A stretch of DNA of 64,000 bases, from assembly GCA_001179505.1 (NCBI GenBank), contig CDMY01000236.1, positions 93,246 through 157,245 on the forward strand. The letters are read 5' to 3'. A program made the translations under genes and the position numbers. Below are positions 45,225 to 57,809 of this stretch, in pieces (positions within the stretch are counted from its first letter, which is position 1; each line of letters starts with the position of its first letter). This DNA is from Vitrella brassicaformis CCMP3155. Taxonomy: Eukaryota; Protista; Chromerida. A model generated the notes under the pieces. It was not told where the DNA came from and did no database searches. It worked only from the letters and a program-made list of their open reading frames with translations.

Positions 45225-47066
45225 ATGGCGAAAAGCCCGAAGGAGGAGGACCGTATGAAGGCCGTTTTCGGCACTGGCGTTGATGGGAAGGTGGGAGAGG
45301 GATGTGAGGAGGACAAAGCGGCTGCTGCTGCTGAGGGCCAGAGCGGTAGGCGGCATTGATGCACTGCATGGACTGATGGACTGATGGATGGATGCGCTGC
45401 TCCTGCCTATCGTAGCTGACAGTGGTGGCGGCGCGGCTCTGTCGCTTATGGACAAGTTCAAGGATCTGTCCATCTTTGAAGAGAACGGTGGTAGGAACGG
45501 GAGAGGTGGCAGGGATGGCATTGTTCTCTTGTTGGTTGGCCTCGTGTTCGTCAGGGTCGGTGTCTGCGGGTGGAAGCATCCTCGACGTCGGTAAGAAAGC
45601 GGGAAGCGGCTCACACACTGCACTGCTGTCGATGTATGTGTGTGCTGCTGTCGTTCTGCTCTCACAGTTTTGGACAAAGATCAGCACAAGACGCGTCAGA
45701 ACCTCTACGACGGTACCCATGCAGCCCTCACAGAACCACACACCCACATCCGCTGTGTTTGGTTGTCAGTGGGGGAGGACTTCTCACCTGTGGCCCTCGC
45801 TGACGGGTGGACATCCACACACACAGATGCGACGCACAGAGACATGATCCATCGGCTCCCCTTCTACCTCTGCAGGGCGTTCAAGTACTCGAAGGTGGTG
45901 TTCTACTCAGACAGTGGGCCCACGAAGCAAGTACAACGGACCCAGCTGCCCCCATATGAGCCTGCCTGAGTCCGTGGTGTGTGTGGTGTGTGTGGTGTGC
46001 GTGGTGTGTGTGGTGTGTGGCTGCAGGGCGACCTGTACGTGACGACGACGGCCGTCAGCCTCACTACCAAGGACAATGGTGAGCCAATGCAGCCGCTCAC
46101 TCGTCTTTGTGTTATTCTCCTGCCCTTCTGCCAGAGTTCGTGTGGGACTACACCAAGATCGAGAAATGCATGCTACTCGGGGCGTAAGTGTGTGTTGCGA
46201 GGCTGCAGTTCCCACCCACTGCTTTGTGCGTGCCTTCCAGTGAGCTGCTCCTCACCTACATGCACGAGGACATCAAACTCAAATTCGCCGTCCCCGTGAG
46301 CTCGAAAAGGGACAAAAGGAGGGGTGTGTTACGGTTGCATGTGTTCACTGTCAGGCGGTGGCGTACGGTGCCGCCATAGCGATCCGCAGCAGCAGCGAGA
46401 AGGCAAACACGAGCATCGAGTTCACGGTGGGCAATCGGATACATATATGGCATTATTACATGCAACCAAATCATTTTATTGCTGTCGTTTCTCTTTCTGT
46501 ATGTGCAGGGCCTGGAGGTCGCTGAGAAGTCGCTCAACAAGGCCGTAGCTGAGGAGGCCGCGCAGAAGGCAGAGAAGGCGGACATAGGTAAGAAGAACGC
46601 TCTGCACCATTCACTCATACACACATGGATGGATGGATGGATGGATGCTTGCCTTTCCGTAGGTGTGGCCAAGTTGTCTGAGTTGCCTGACTCGTCTGTG
46701 TGGAAGGAGGGTAGGAAGGAAGAAATACATATCCATGGGCCGATGGAAATGTCCGCTGCATTTGCAGATAAGGACCGGTCTGAGAGTCGCGTCTGGACAG
46801 CAGGTGAGCCCCTGATCATGTCCATACACTCATACAGCGGGAGAGAAACTGACGTCTGCCTGTGTCTCTTCGATTTGTTTGCAGGGTCTGCCTTCGGCGG
46901 CGTGCAGCCCGGCCAGACGCACGAGGTGCAGCAGAGTGCACAGGCCGTGGCTGGCGGCGCACTCGAGCGGGCGTCAGGGGACACCTTCGAGCTGCTCGAG
47001 GCCGCAATGGCGCACAGCAGCGGCCAGGGGCAACTGGCGGACACAGACGTGGGGCCACTCAAGTGA
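45225..47066 (+). CDS. Uncharacterised multi-exon protein; central region possibly PH/GRAM-like
   Basis: Many short GT-AG exons (e.g. GDLYVTTTAVSLTTKDN, AFKYSKVVFYSDSG). Ends DTDVGPLK* inside the shared repeat. The fold guess is weak. Confidence 0.5.
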
Positions 47067-47375
47067 CGGACAGACAGACTGACAGACAGTCCATCGATCC
47101 ATACGTGCGTGTGCGTGAAGGGTATAGGGGGCTGTAGTTTCTGAGACGGACTATAGGGGGCTGGGCGTTTCCTTCGTGTGTACACATGGGGTGGAGCACG
47201 TTGCTGACTGATCGATGGACATGAATTCACTCGAATGCCAGTGCACATCAAAACACACGTACAGTCACACCCGGCAGAAGCAGAGTCTGTCTGTCATCGG
47301 AAGGTCCGTCAACACATATCCACAGCATGGACCCCATGCACTACACACAAACATCCCCTACCCTCTCTGCATTCG
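47033..47375 (+). repeat. ~345-bp direct repeat, copy 1
   Basis: Near-identical to 56830-57175 (ggacacagacgtggggccactcaagtgacggacagacagac ... cccctaccctctctgcattcg). Confidence 0.95.
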
Positions 47376-47602
47376 AGCAATCCGTACAAGAATCAGCGAA
47401 GCAATGATATCCGACATCGAGCAGACACGCATCCGTCAGATTGTCCGTCACACGTATGCACACGACAGGCACAGCCGCTCCTCACTCGTCATGCTGCTCC
47501 TCTCCACAAATACACCAACCAGAAAGCACCGGTGACCAACGAGCGACCGGGAGATGACGGTGATGATGACAATGGGACATTCTGCACGCCGCACGACACC
47601 AA

Positions 47603-50600
47603 CTAGACGGCAGGCACGTTTGCCGCCTGCTTCACACGTGCCGCAGACTGAGGCTCTTCTTGTTGCTGCGTTGCTGGTGCCGCAGGCGAGGCCGAGGCCG
47701 AGGCCGGGCGTGTGGGCCGCAAAGCCAAGAGAGCCTTGCAGATCTGGAGAGCGACGTGCGTGTGCTCCACCGCCGCCACCTCACTCGGCAGCAGACCCAG
47801 CTCCACCACGGTCTGCCTCAGCGCCTCGAAGTCACCCAGACCCCCCTATAGCGAAGCGAAAGGCACTCCCTCCTGGTCGTCTCGCCGCACCGACATGTTG
47901 TCGCCGTAGCCGCCCACGAGCTCGGCCCTCTTCTGCGCCTCACGCTGCCACTTGGAGGGAGGGGCGGAATGCTCGTCGTGGAGGGATACAGATGTGGCAG
48001 CGGCCGCAGAGGGTGCCCCACCTGCACACCTTCTGGTGGTGCCAGTAGCACCGCTTGTTGGGGCAGGTGCCCTCCTCGGGATTCAGGTGACCGATGGAGC
48101 CCACGTTGATCGGCACGCCCTGGTAGTTGCGTGGAAGACGCTCGCGGATCAAACCGGCGAGGGCGATGAGCTCACGGCGATCAAGGTCTGACCGAGTCAA
48201 TGGAAGAGAGTATATATGTGTGGCTGGGTGGCATGGCATGGCAAGCAGTGTGTTGTGTTGCGCTGCGTGCGTACCGGCTCGGTGTTTGTGTCCCATGGTG
48301 GCGACTTCTCTGTTGTCCTCAACCTTGATGTGGATGACCTGCTGGAAGAGGACGGGCGGGATGGTGCTCTCCTTGTCGCCCAGCTCTACGCCATCACAAC
48401 CACCTCGCGCCCGCTGCTCGTCGGCTCCAGACTGTTCTGCACCTGCGACAAGGCCACGTGGCTGCTGTCGTCCCCCTCGATGTGGATGCCGGTGTGGCGG
48501 TTGCCGCGTCGGGGGCCGCCTTGGGGGACTGCAGGATGGCCACATTGATGACCTCCACCTTTTGACCCGTCATTGCATACTCCTACCAACAGAAACAGAC
48601 AACACACAAGGGAGGGGAGGGGAGGAGAGCAGGTGGTGGTCCTTGTGTTGTGTATGCCTATGAATCCTTGTGTTGTGTATGCCTATTAATATTCGCTGGG
48701 CGAATGGGCGGGTGGGTGGCAGCTCGCTGTGCTGTCTTACGTGGTGTGTCGATCATGCTGCTGTAGGACGTCTCAGGCTTCTGCTGCACCTCCTCGACGC
48801 CCTTACCGTCACTCACCCGGTACCCCACACCCACAGGGGCACTCGCCGCGTCAGGTGACGGCCCATACGCACCGTAAAGCGCCGCACGTTGCTGCCGAGG
48901 CAACGCAGTGCCAGATGATGACCACTGGGCGGCAGCGGCAGCGGCATGATCATTGGCGTGAGACGGTGGCTAGGGCGGCCAGCCTCCTCCCTCTGGCTCG
49001 TCGGAGTCGGGCGGAGGGGGGTTGCTGCCGCTCTCATGTGGTGAGGTGGTGTCCTTGACCGTCGACATGACGTTGTGCAGGAGCCTGGATGGGTCGTGGG
49101 TGCTCCCGCCGGGTGCCGACGCCCCCTGTGTCCCAACTCGTCAGGCAACTCGTCAATCTTCTGCACAGCACAGCACAGCACAGCACAGCACAGCGCACAC
49201 CAGAGAGAGAGAGAGACAGACACAGATCACTCATGGGTTGGTTGGGTTGGCCACATGTGTGTCTGTCACCATGAGTGTCTGTGCTGTGTCAGTGTCCCTA
49301 CCTTTTCAGGCAGGAATATGTCGGCTCCTCTCTGTACGAGTTCTGCCACGACGTCCTGTCGTTCCTCGGCGATTGCGAGGTGGAGGGTCGTCCTGCCGGC
49401 GTGGTCAATGATGTTATTCTCCGCACCGTGGTCCAGCAGCAATGTCACCGTGGTCCAGCAGCTGCCCAATGGAGTACTGTACGGCCATCACGCTGACATG
49501 ATGACAACCACACACAAGGACAGACAGACACGCACATATATGCCACACGTGCTCGCCTGTCCGGTCCGCCCGGTCTCGTGTATCAAGTCCCTCCCTCCCG
49601 CATCTCACCTCGTGTTGCAGATTGAGGTCAACCTTCTGAGTGAGTATCCTCCTGGCGCCCTCGAGGTCGCCCGTCAGCACGGCGGCCATCAGCAGCGCAT
49701 ACGATGTGTGTCCGTCCACCCCCCTGCCCGCCCCACCCACACCCACACCCACAGCGACCTCCGCTCTGTCCCCCCCTGCCACCTGGCCGGCCACGGCCAG
49801 GTCATGGCGCGAGCTGTGTGTTGGTGGGGAGCTGTCTTTGTCGTGGTGCGAGCTGCCGGTCTGAGAGTGGGAGACGAAACTCCCATCGACAAATATCCCA
49901 GGGATGGGTCGCTCACCCCGCCGGCACCATGAGTCACGGGCGACCAGTCTGTGCTCGCTGCCCTGTTGTCAGACTGGGGCGACCCGTGGGGCACTGGCGT
50001 GTCTTCGTCGAGCGATAGAGACCCGTTGAGCCACGCCAGCAGGTCCTCTGGACGATTCGACGACGGGGGGGTGGCGTGAGTTGACTGAGGCAGCTGAATG
50101 AACGAAGAACGGACAGACATTTGCACACGCATCGCATCAGTCCTTTCGCCTGTTCATTCTGTCTGTATGTCTGTCTGTCTGTCTTTGTGACTTTCGTACC
50201 TACCGCATTGTTGGCCGTGTCCCGTTCAAGTGTGGTGTCGTCATGTCTGTCCCGGTCTATTCCGCCCATTCCAGGGGGCACGTGAAAGAAACTCGACGTG
50301 AAGGCCGCCGTCCTCCCCGATGCTGTTGCTGCTGGCCGTGGCCTGCACGGTGCTGCCCGTCACCCGCAGGTGGTCGGTACAGCGGATGGATGCGGTCTCG
50401 ACGGGCAGCGCCTGGGTGGAGGGGCTGATCTGCGATGGTATGTTAGGGATGTACGAAGTGTCGGTGGTCAGGGGCGTGGCGGGCGGCACGTGCAGAGACG
50501 GGATGGAGTCGTCCTTCAACGGCGAACGGAGAGGGGGGGTGATGGCGCGATCGAAGTCGGAGCTCTGACACGACAGAGGCCACCCAACCATATTTGTCCA

Positions 50601-50786
50601 CCTTACCTTCGACACACGCACATCCAGTCAGGTCAGTGTGTACCAACCTTACCTTAGGTGGCGAGTTGGCATTCCCCTGGTCTCTGGCGTGACGCCCTGG
50701 CCGTCTGACCCCCCCGCGCCGCTCCCGCCATTGCCCACCATCAGGCCCGCGGACAGTTTGTCGGAATTCGACCTGTCAGAACCCAT
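47603..50786 (-). pseudogene. Ankyrin-repeat + C-x-C/H zinc-finger-like gene with apparent frameshifts
   Basis: Start MGSDRS. Ankyrin segments DGRTVLHWAAAG and VTLLLDHGAENNIIDHAGRTTLHLA lie in different frames. Cys/His motif GHLNPEEGTCPNKRCYWHHQKVCRWGTLCGRCHIC is followed by a 4-nt duplication that shifts frame. Confidence 0.55.
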
Positions 50787-50904
50787 TCGTTAACGACGAT
50801 GAAGCAACCGGATGAACTCGACTCGCACCCACGACGGCAATCAACCCACCCCGCACAACACTCACTAGACAGACAGACAGACTGATAGAAAGCTCCACAA
50901 TCAG

Positions 50905-53854
50905 TCAATCAGTCCACGCAAGAGCAACGCCACTAGAGTGAGTCCCAATGCTCCCTCGCTCGCTCGGCCTTGATTGCTGGCCGTCGGACTGGCAAGGCAC
51001 TGCTCCCACGGCGAGAGCCTTGCAGATCTGGAGAGCGACGTGCGTGTGCTCCACCGCCGCCTGGACCGTCCCGCCCTCCTCTCCCTCTCCCGCCTCCTTT
51101 GCCTTGCTGTCCTTATCAAGCAGCGACCCCAGATAGATGATCGTGTCCCAACAGCCCTCCAGCAGCCGATGCTCCTGCGGTGTCTCCAGGAGCATCCACA
51201 CCCCACTCATGCAGTCAGCGATGTCCTGCGGCACAGCAGACACAACACAGAAACTTGTCATGACTCATTCTGCTTTCCCCGCTGCGCGTTCACCTGGGTA
51301 AGCTCTGTTAATCATCGTCTCGATCTCGTCGATCAGGTCGTCGAGTGGTTTCTTGTAGGGGTCTTCCTGCGGTGCGATAAAAGTGAAGCATGCCTTGGCG
51401 ACGTTCAGATCCAGCAGCTCCTCCTCACTCGCCTCCCTGGCCGCTGTCAGGATCGTGCTCATGATCTCGCCATGTGTCTCCCGCTCCTTCGCCAGCCCCT
51501 TCTGCACCAGCTTCTCCCGCACTCGCTCCTCTTGCTTCCCTGCCGTGTCCAGCAACTCCGTCATCTCGCACTTGCCGCGCATCCACGTATTGACGAACAA
51601 ACCATCACCAACACCCCTGCACAGGCCCCATCCGCGCAGCCGCCCCGCCATCTCCCTGTGGCCCGCCAGCGCCGCGAATGCCACGGACACAACGACACCG
51701 TATGTGTCGGTCCCTTGCCAACGTGGCGGGTAGTGCTCCCCTCGGGCACGTGACAGGAAGTAGTCGACAGGCACGTACGTGAGTGGCGTGCTGATGACGT
51801 GGGCTGGGTTGACGGTCTGGGCCACCGGGTCCTCATTCAGCTCCCGCACGCACTCGTGGTCAATGTGCTTGACCTCGATGTGGTGCGTGTCGCCGGTGAC
51901 CATCAGGTTGGCAGCGTGCATGTCGCCATGCACCAGCGTGACGGCCCCCGCGCCCCTCTCCCACAGACTCGGCACCTTTGAGCGGAAGCGAGGGTACTCC
52001 TTGGGGCCATCCTTCTGGAATATCGGGGAAAGCGGGTAATCGGGCAGCTCGGTGCCCTCGGGGAGGGGCGGGAACGAGTGCCGGCGATGCAGGGCTTGGA
52101 CGGCTTTGAGAGCGTCGAGCAGGCCGCGATGGATCACCTCTCGGCTCGTCGAGGCGACGGCGCTCATCATGGACGAGCTCAGCGTCTTGCTCCACGTCTT
52201 GCTCCCCCACAGCTCGTAGCCGGCCGGCGGGACGAGGGGTGTTGATGTGCTGGCGGACAGAGTGGTGGCGGCTCGGGCGACGGCGAACTGCCAGAGGTTC
52301 AGAGCGTCCTCACCAGCGAACTCTGAAAAAACACACGGAACCCAGTATTCCCAGTGACGACACCACACACGTCTTTTTCTGTGTCCTTACTAAGAAGTTC
52401 GACGGCATAGTATACCCCCCGAACCTCCAGTTCCGTCGGCTCGCCCTCTCCCTGGACACCGCACCTCTTATCCTTGTCCATCGGCCAGAGCTTCAGGGTC
52501 ATCGGCTCGTCCTCCCTCACGTATCCGCGAGAGAGGAGTCGCGGCAGCTTCAGCTGGTCGCCGATGCGATGCAGGAGCTGCGCCTCGTCCTCCAGGCAGC
52601 GGCATGCCTTGAGCATCTGTATGGCCGTCGCATCGTCATTCTTGAGCGGGGCCTTCTCCAGCACTTTCCGCAACTTGTTAGGCACCAGGAGGCGGATGAC
52701 GGCGTCTGTGCCATCGACGCTCCCGCGCAGCTGTAGCACCCTCTCGTTGAAGAAAAACGCTCCCGTCAGCTGGTGCTTGTCCAGCGGGCGTGCGAGGGAT
52801 GCGGGGACGGGCTGAGCCAGATCGCTGGGCTCACTCTCAGCGGCCGCATCGTCGCGGATGGATGCCTCCTCCTGCCCGTGTAGGGGTGCGGTGGCGGGCG
52901 GTGCCGGCTCGTTTCGGTCACTGTCGGTAGCCGCCTCTCCTGCCGCCTCGACAACAACTGCACGAACACACACATCACACGTGCAGACAGCAAAGTGAAT
53001 GATGAATCAAGTCACACTTTGTTCGCCCTCTTGTTGTCCACCCATCCATTCGTACCTCGGCTAGGCACGCTGGGCTCGTCACTGTCGCCCACAGGCGACT
53101 CGCTGGGCGCACTGGCGGCAGGGGCACTCTCCGCAAGTCCCTGAGGCTCCTCCTGCCGTGGCGGCTCGCCAGCCGCCTCGTGGTCCCTCTCCTCCTCCTC
53201 CTCCTCCTCCTCCGGCTGGCTGGGGTGTGCGGCAAGGGCCTCCGAGGCCCTCTCCTCCTCCTTGACGTCCTCCTCCCTCTCCCGCCTCTCCGTCTCCCTC
53301 CTCTCCCTCTCCCTCCCCTCTCCCTCCCTGGCCTTCGACGCAGGCTGCACCGCTGGGGTGGCCATCGGGATGGCGGCGATGTTCGGCCGGATGGGCCCGG
53401 CGTGGCGTGGCGGTGCTGCTGCTGTCTGAGGGGCACGGTGGGGCGCCATTGTGGCGGCGGGTGGAACAAAGCCCCAGCCAAGGGCATGCGCGGCCGGTGC
53501 AGGCGGGTTGTAGAAGTGGTGCTGCATCATCGGATATCCGCTGATGGGCGCCGCGGTCGCACCGTACGGGTCCTGCCGAGCCCGAAGGCAAGGCGGACAC
53601 ACGTACGGGTTGACGCGCGTGCGCTAAGGGGGGCCACGAGTGTGAGGTGTGCGTGGCGGCTTTCGTGCTGGCGGGTGGCACCGCTTTTGAGCGGGCTGCC
53701 GCTCCATTGGCCTGAAGGGCACACGGGGAGGGGTCGGCCACATGCAGGTGGGGTGTTGCTGGTGCGGATGCAATATTAGCTGCGGCGGGAGGAGGTCGGG
53801 TGCCGCTCCAAAGTGTTGCTGATGCTGCTGTAACGGGTGTGCCGAGGGGGGCAT
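50905..53854 (-). CDS. Atypical protein-kinase-like protein with a Pro/Glu-rich N-terminus
   Basis: Catalytic-loop-like LVHGDMHAANLMV, DFG-position HIDHE, activation-segment-like STPLTYVP and subdomain IX-like TDTYGVVV. Several introns; N-terminal exons uncertain. Confidence 0.65.
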
Positions 53855-54036
53855 CGTGGCTGTGTCGCTGGTGTGTTCCCTTCAAGAAGGGAAGAAAGCT
53901 GGAAGAGGTCTCGCAGCTTAGCTCGCAGGTGGTGCGGGAAGGACGGAGAAGAAGAAGGGGAACGCCTCCTTACGGTCTAGATAGAGCTGGGAGTCGTGAA
54001 AGACGATAAAGACCTTGTACCTCTGTTGTTTTGAGC

Positions 54037-56863
54037 ATGAGGCTCAGCGTTGAAGGAGAGCGGCGACTCGGCACTGCCACTGCAGCTCAGAGAGGCGGCA
54101 CACCGGTGAGCAACCCAGAAGCGCATGCAGAAGCGAACGCATTCACTCGCGAGCGAGAGCACACAGGCGTTTGCGGTGCCTGCAGGGTCGTGAGCCAGTC
54201 GCCAAGCCTCTTGACCATTGATACCAACACCATGTGAGAACCCATACACACACCTACCAATGAGAGTACCTGCTCGCATGCCCATGGTGTTGTGTATGTA
54301 TCCCCTTGCCCTCAGACCACTTGTTTGCTGATGGCGTCCCAGCCTCACAGGCAGCTTGCCGGGGCGCCTGCCGCAGCAACAGCTCAGCCGTCGCCACTCG
54401 CCCCTTCCAGCAACCAAGGAGAGGACGAGTACGCAGATGCGCTCAGGCTGCGACCACTTCCCGGCGTCGACCACTGCCCGGCCACTGTCATCTGCCATTC
54501 ATGCGGCCCCTCTACCCCCCACATGGCATGCACCTTGCGCAGATGGAGGACTGCGGCATCTATGGAGCTCGGAGGGGGCTGATGGGACGACAGCCGGCGC
54601 CAAGCTTGCCGGCGTCAGCTGTCGCGCCGCTCAGGTTCGCAAACCCTGGTGCCTCTGGTCGTCTGACGACAGTGCAGCGGGAGAGCCGCGATAGCCGCAT
54701 GTCGCTCCCTCCCAAGCCGTCACCCCAAACGTCATTCCGCCCTCCCCTAGTCCCTTCAGCCCCATTCCACCTGCAGCAGTACGGCACACGGCCGCGCCCA
54801 TCGCTGTTCAACCGGCCTCGCGCATTCACTGGCGCCACGCCGGCTTATGTCGGGCCACAGACGAGCGACAGGGCGGGGAGATCAGGTATTGAGCCGGCGC
54901 GGCGGACCGTGGGTCCTGAGGGCGTTGAAGGAGAGCGGCGACTCGGCACACAACAGGGCAGTGACCCTGCCACTGCAGCTCAGACAGGCGGCACACCGGT
55001 GAGCAACCCAGAAGCGAACGCATTCACTCGCGAGAGCACTCAGCACGTCCATCATTCATCGTCCGTCTGTGTGCGCGTTGCAGCCCATCACTGAGGGTTT
55101 GGTTCGTCTGGAGGAGGAGCGCATCGCATCGCTGCACACACAGATAGATCAGGCAAGTGGCGCATGAGAGGCCCAATGGCATCACTGCTGGTGTGCTCTC
55201 ATTCACTGTGTGTCTGTGTGTGTGTGCGATGCCTGCAGGTCACACGAGAGGCTGCCGGTGTGCAGCAGCTCTTCAACACCACAGTCGCCGCACAGGTCAA
55301 CCACACACGCACACACACACACACACACGAGAGCACTGCAGCCATTACTCTCTCCCTGGTTGTCTGTGTGTGTATGTGTGGTCCAGACGCCCTTTCCCAC
55401 CAAGAAGTGGGTCAACGTCTCCGCCGCTCTCTCGTCGAATGCTGATGCAGGTGGAGAAGACGAGAAGGAGGGGTCGGGACCTTGCCCCCCGGCCCTCGAA
55501 GGGTCGATTTCGGAGCTTTCAAGTCACTCAGTGAAGGTAAAGGGACGCAAGAGAAGCAGATGAAGCTTGTAAAGCGCGTCACGAGCTGTTTGTGTCTGGT
55601 GTGTGCTCTCACATCCCACAGAACTCGCTGAGACCTCAGGAGACTCACGATGCAGTCCACTGGTGCGGCGCCCTCGCCTCATCCCCTAGCCCTGCCCTCT
55701 TCCAGCCCGCCGACCTCTTTGACCTGTCATTGCCCATCAGCAAGATGGACCGTATGTTTATGTCGACTGACGATGCCAAACGAGCCGCTCTCCGCTCACA
55801 GATTGTCACCCGCACTCGGCAACAGGAGCTGCTGGGCCACACTACGGAGACCGTCAACAGCACCCTGCTCAACGCCGTCCAGCAGCACATCGACAAGGCC
55901 CTCAGTCGTCTCGGGCTGGCGGACGTGTTGGCTTTCGACATTGGCGGTGACCTGGAGGCCGGCTTGAAGGTGGTCTATGTGCTGGAGCAGGGCAGTGGCG
56001 AGGAGTGGCGGGCAATGGGTCGATTCCTTCGGCTGGCCTTCATCTACCGACTCACCCCTGCTGATGTGGCCCCGCCTCTCCGTCTGTCGGCCGACGCACT
56101 GCCCCCAGCCACGGCCTTCCATCAGCTGCCCCTCGCCATGTCCATCTACAAGATCATCGGCCGCCAGCTGACATACAACACACACAGCCTGACGCTGCAG
56201 CCAGCCGACGAAAACGGACACTATCGGATCGCCGACATGGACCCGTTTCGCGTGGTGGCGTTGAGAGAGCTGCCGGGCGGCCATCCCTATGCCGACAGCT
56301 ACAAGCGCACGGATCCCGTCATCCGACGGGGCAGCAGCAACATACTCTTCCGTTCATTCTCGGCATTCCTGCTAGACGCGCTTCTCGACCAGTGGTCGAA
56401 TGGAGAGGGAGTGTGCCATAGGATGGTGCAGGGTGCGTTCATCGACATTGATGACCCTCGGTATCGCTGTCTGCTGACCGACGACATCACAGAGGATTTG
56501 GGCATCGCCGTCGACTATCGCAGCGGTTGCTTCGAAATTGACTGTCGTCGTGTGATTGTGAGCGGCTGGCGACGGGGCGAGACCATTGCGGCGTATCTGT
56601 GGGTCAAGTTTGCGACGAATTTTTGGGTCAAGCCGGGCGTCATCGACCTGTGGACGACCGAGGGCCCCGCATGCGCATCGTTCCCCGAAGGCTACCCTCT
56701 GTCGATGCCCCGATGGCGTCCTGCGCTGCGGCGATTCGAGCTCGACACTGACGTCATCGACAAAGGTGGTCGATGGGTACTAGCGCCGACAGGCGAGGAG
56801 GGGAGCCCGCTCCAGTACCAGGGGTGGGGACTGGAGGACACAGACGTGGGGCCACTCAAGTGA
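54037..56863 (+). CDS. Lineage-specific family protein with low-complexity N-terminal exons and a ~370-aa conserved-looking C-terminal exon
   Basis: Exons at ~55247-55300 and ~55387-55536 splice in frame into the long ORF 55621-56863. No recognisable domain. Ends DTDVGPLK* inside the shared repeat. Confidence 0.65.
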
Positions 56864-57175
56864 CGGACAGACAGACCGGACTCACAGTCCATCGATCCAT
56901 ACGCACGTGTGCGTGAAGGGTATAGGGGGCTGTAGCTGCTGAGACGGTCTATAGGGGGCTGGGTCGATTGATTCGTGTGCACACATGGGGTGGGAGCAAA
57001 TGGCTGACTGATCGAAGGACATGAATTCACTCGAATGCCAGTGCACATCAAAACACACGTACAGTCACACCCGGTAGAAGCAGGGTTTGTCTGTCATCGG
57101 AAGGTCCGTCAACACATATCCATAGCATGGACCCCATGCACAACAGAAACACATCCCCTACCCTCTCTGCATTCG
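56830..57175 (+). repeat. ~345-bp direct repeat, copy 2
   Basis: Near-identical to 47033-47375. Confidence 0.95.
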
Positions 57176-57809
57176 TGTAGGTCGAGATTGCAAAAACAAA
57201 TACACCATTTGCTTGAAGAGCCGCACCACACCGTACACAACGCCCCAGCCTCGCAGCTGCACCACTTGGTCGACATCACACACAGACAGACCACACACAT
57301 CCTGCCAGTGACTGGGTAGGTTCCACCATTCCTGCCGTATTTATTGTGTGGGCTGCGTCGACCAATGGACAGCGGGATACCCTCCCCGCCAAGCAGTTTA
57401 GTGTATTGGTCAGATCGTCACATGAGTGTGTCGACACCGAGATACACACAGCACAGGAAGTCAATATACTACATAGCATCCATCCATCCATCCATCGACA
57501 GGGACGGCATGCACAGATCACGACTTACACACCCATCTAGGTATCTGCCTTGGCTGACACTACAGGGCGTGCCTGCCTGCCTCTGCCTTACCCACAACTC
57601 ACTCGCACACATATTCATTACACACACACACACACACACACACAACACACACGCACATATGCGTCGCATCACATCGCATCGCATCGGATCGGATCATCTT
57701 CTCTCGGGTGTGGGGGGATAGTCGCGGGGGTGCTCTTCCTGCACACCACACCCAACGCAACACAATCCACTCCACAGCAAAGATAGACGGACATCGGTTC
57801 GGTGTGTGC

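Noticed and set aside
47040-47066. Shared C-terminus GPLK as a peroxisomal PTS1
   Set aside because: PLK does not fit the [SAC][KRH][LM] consensus.
47845-47892. In-frame TAG as a third lesion in the ankyrin/Zn-finger gene
   Set aside because: It is equally explained as the AG of a 45-nt in-frame intron (gtgcgg...cgctatag).
47033-57175. LTR retrotransposon or Helitron interpretation of the direct repeats
   Set aside because: No TG..CA ends, PBS/PPT, gag/pol or Rep/helicase, and no CTRR terminus. Kept only as an unexplained repeat-bounded block.
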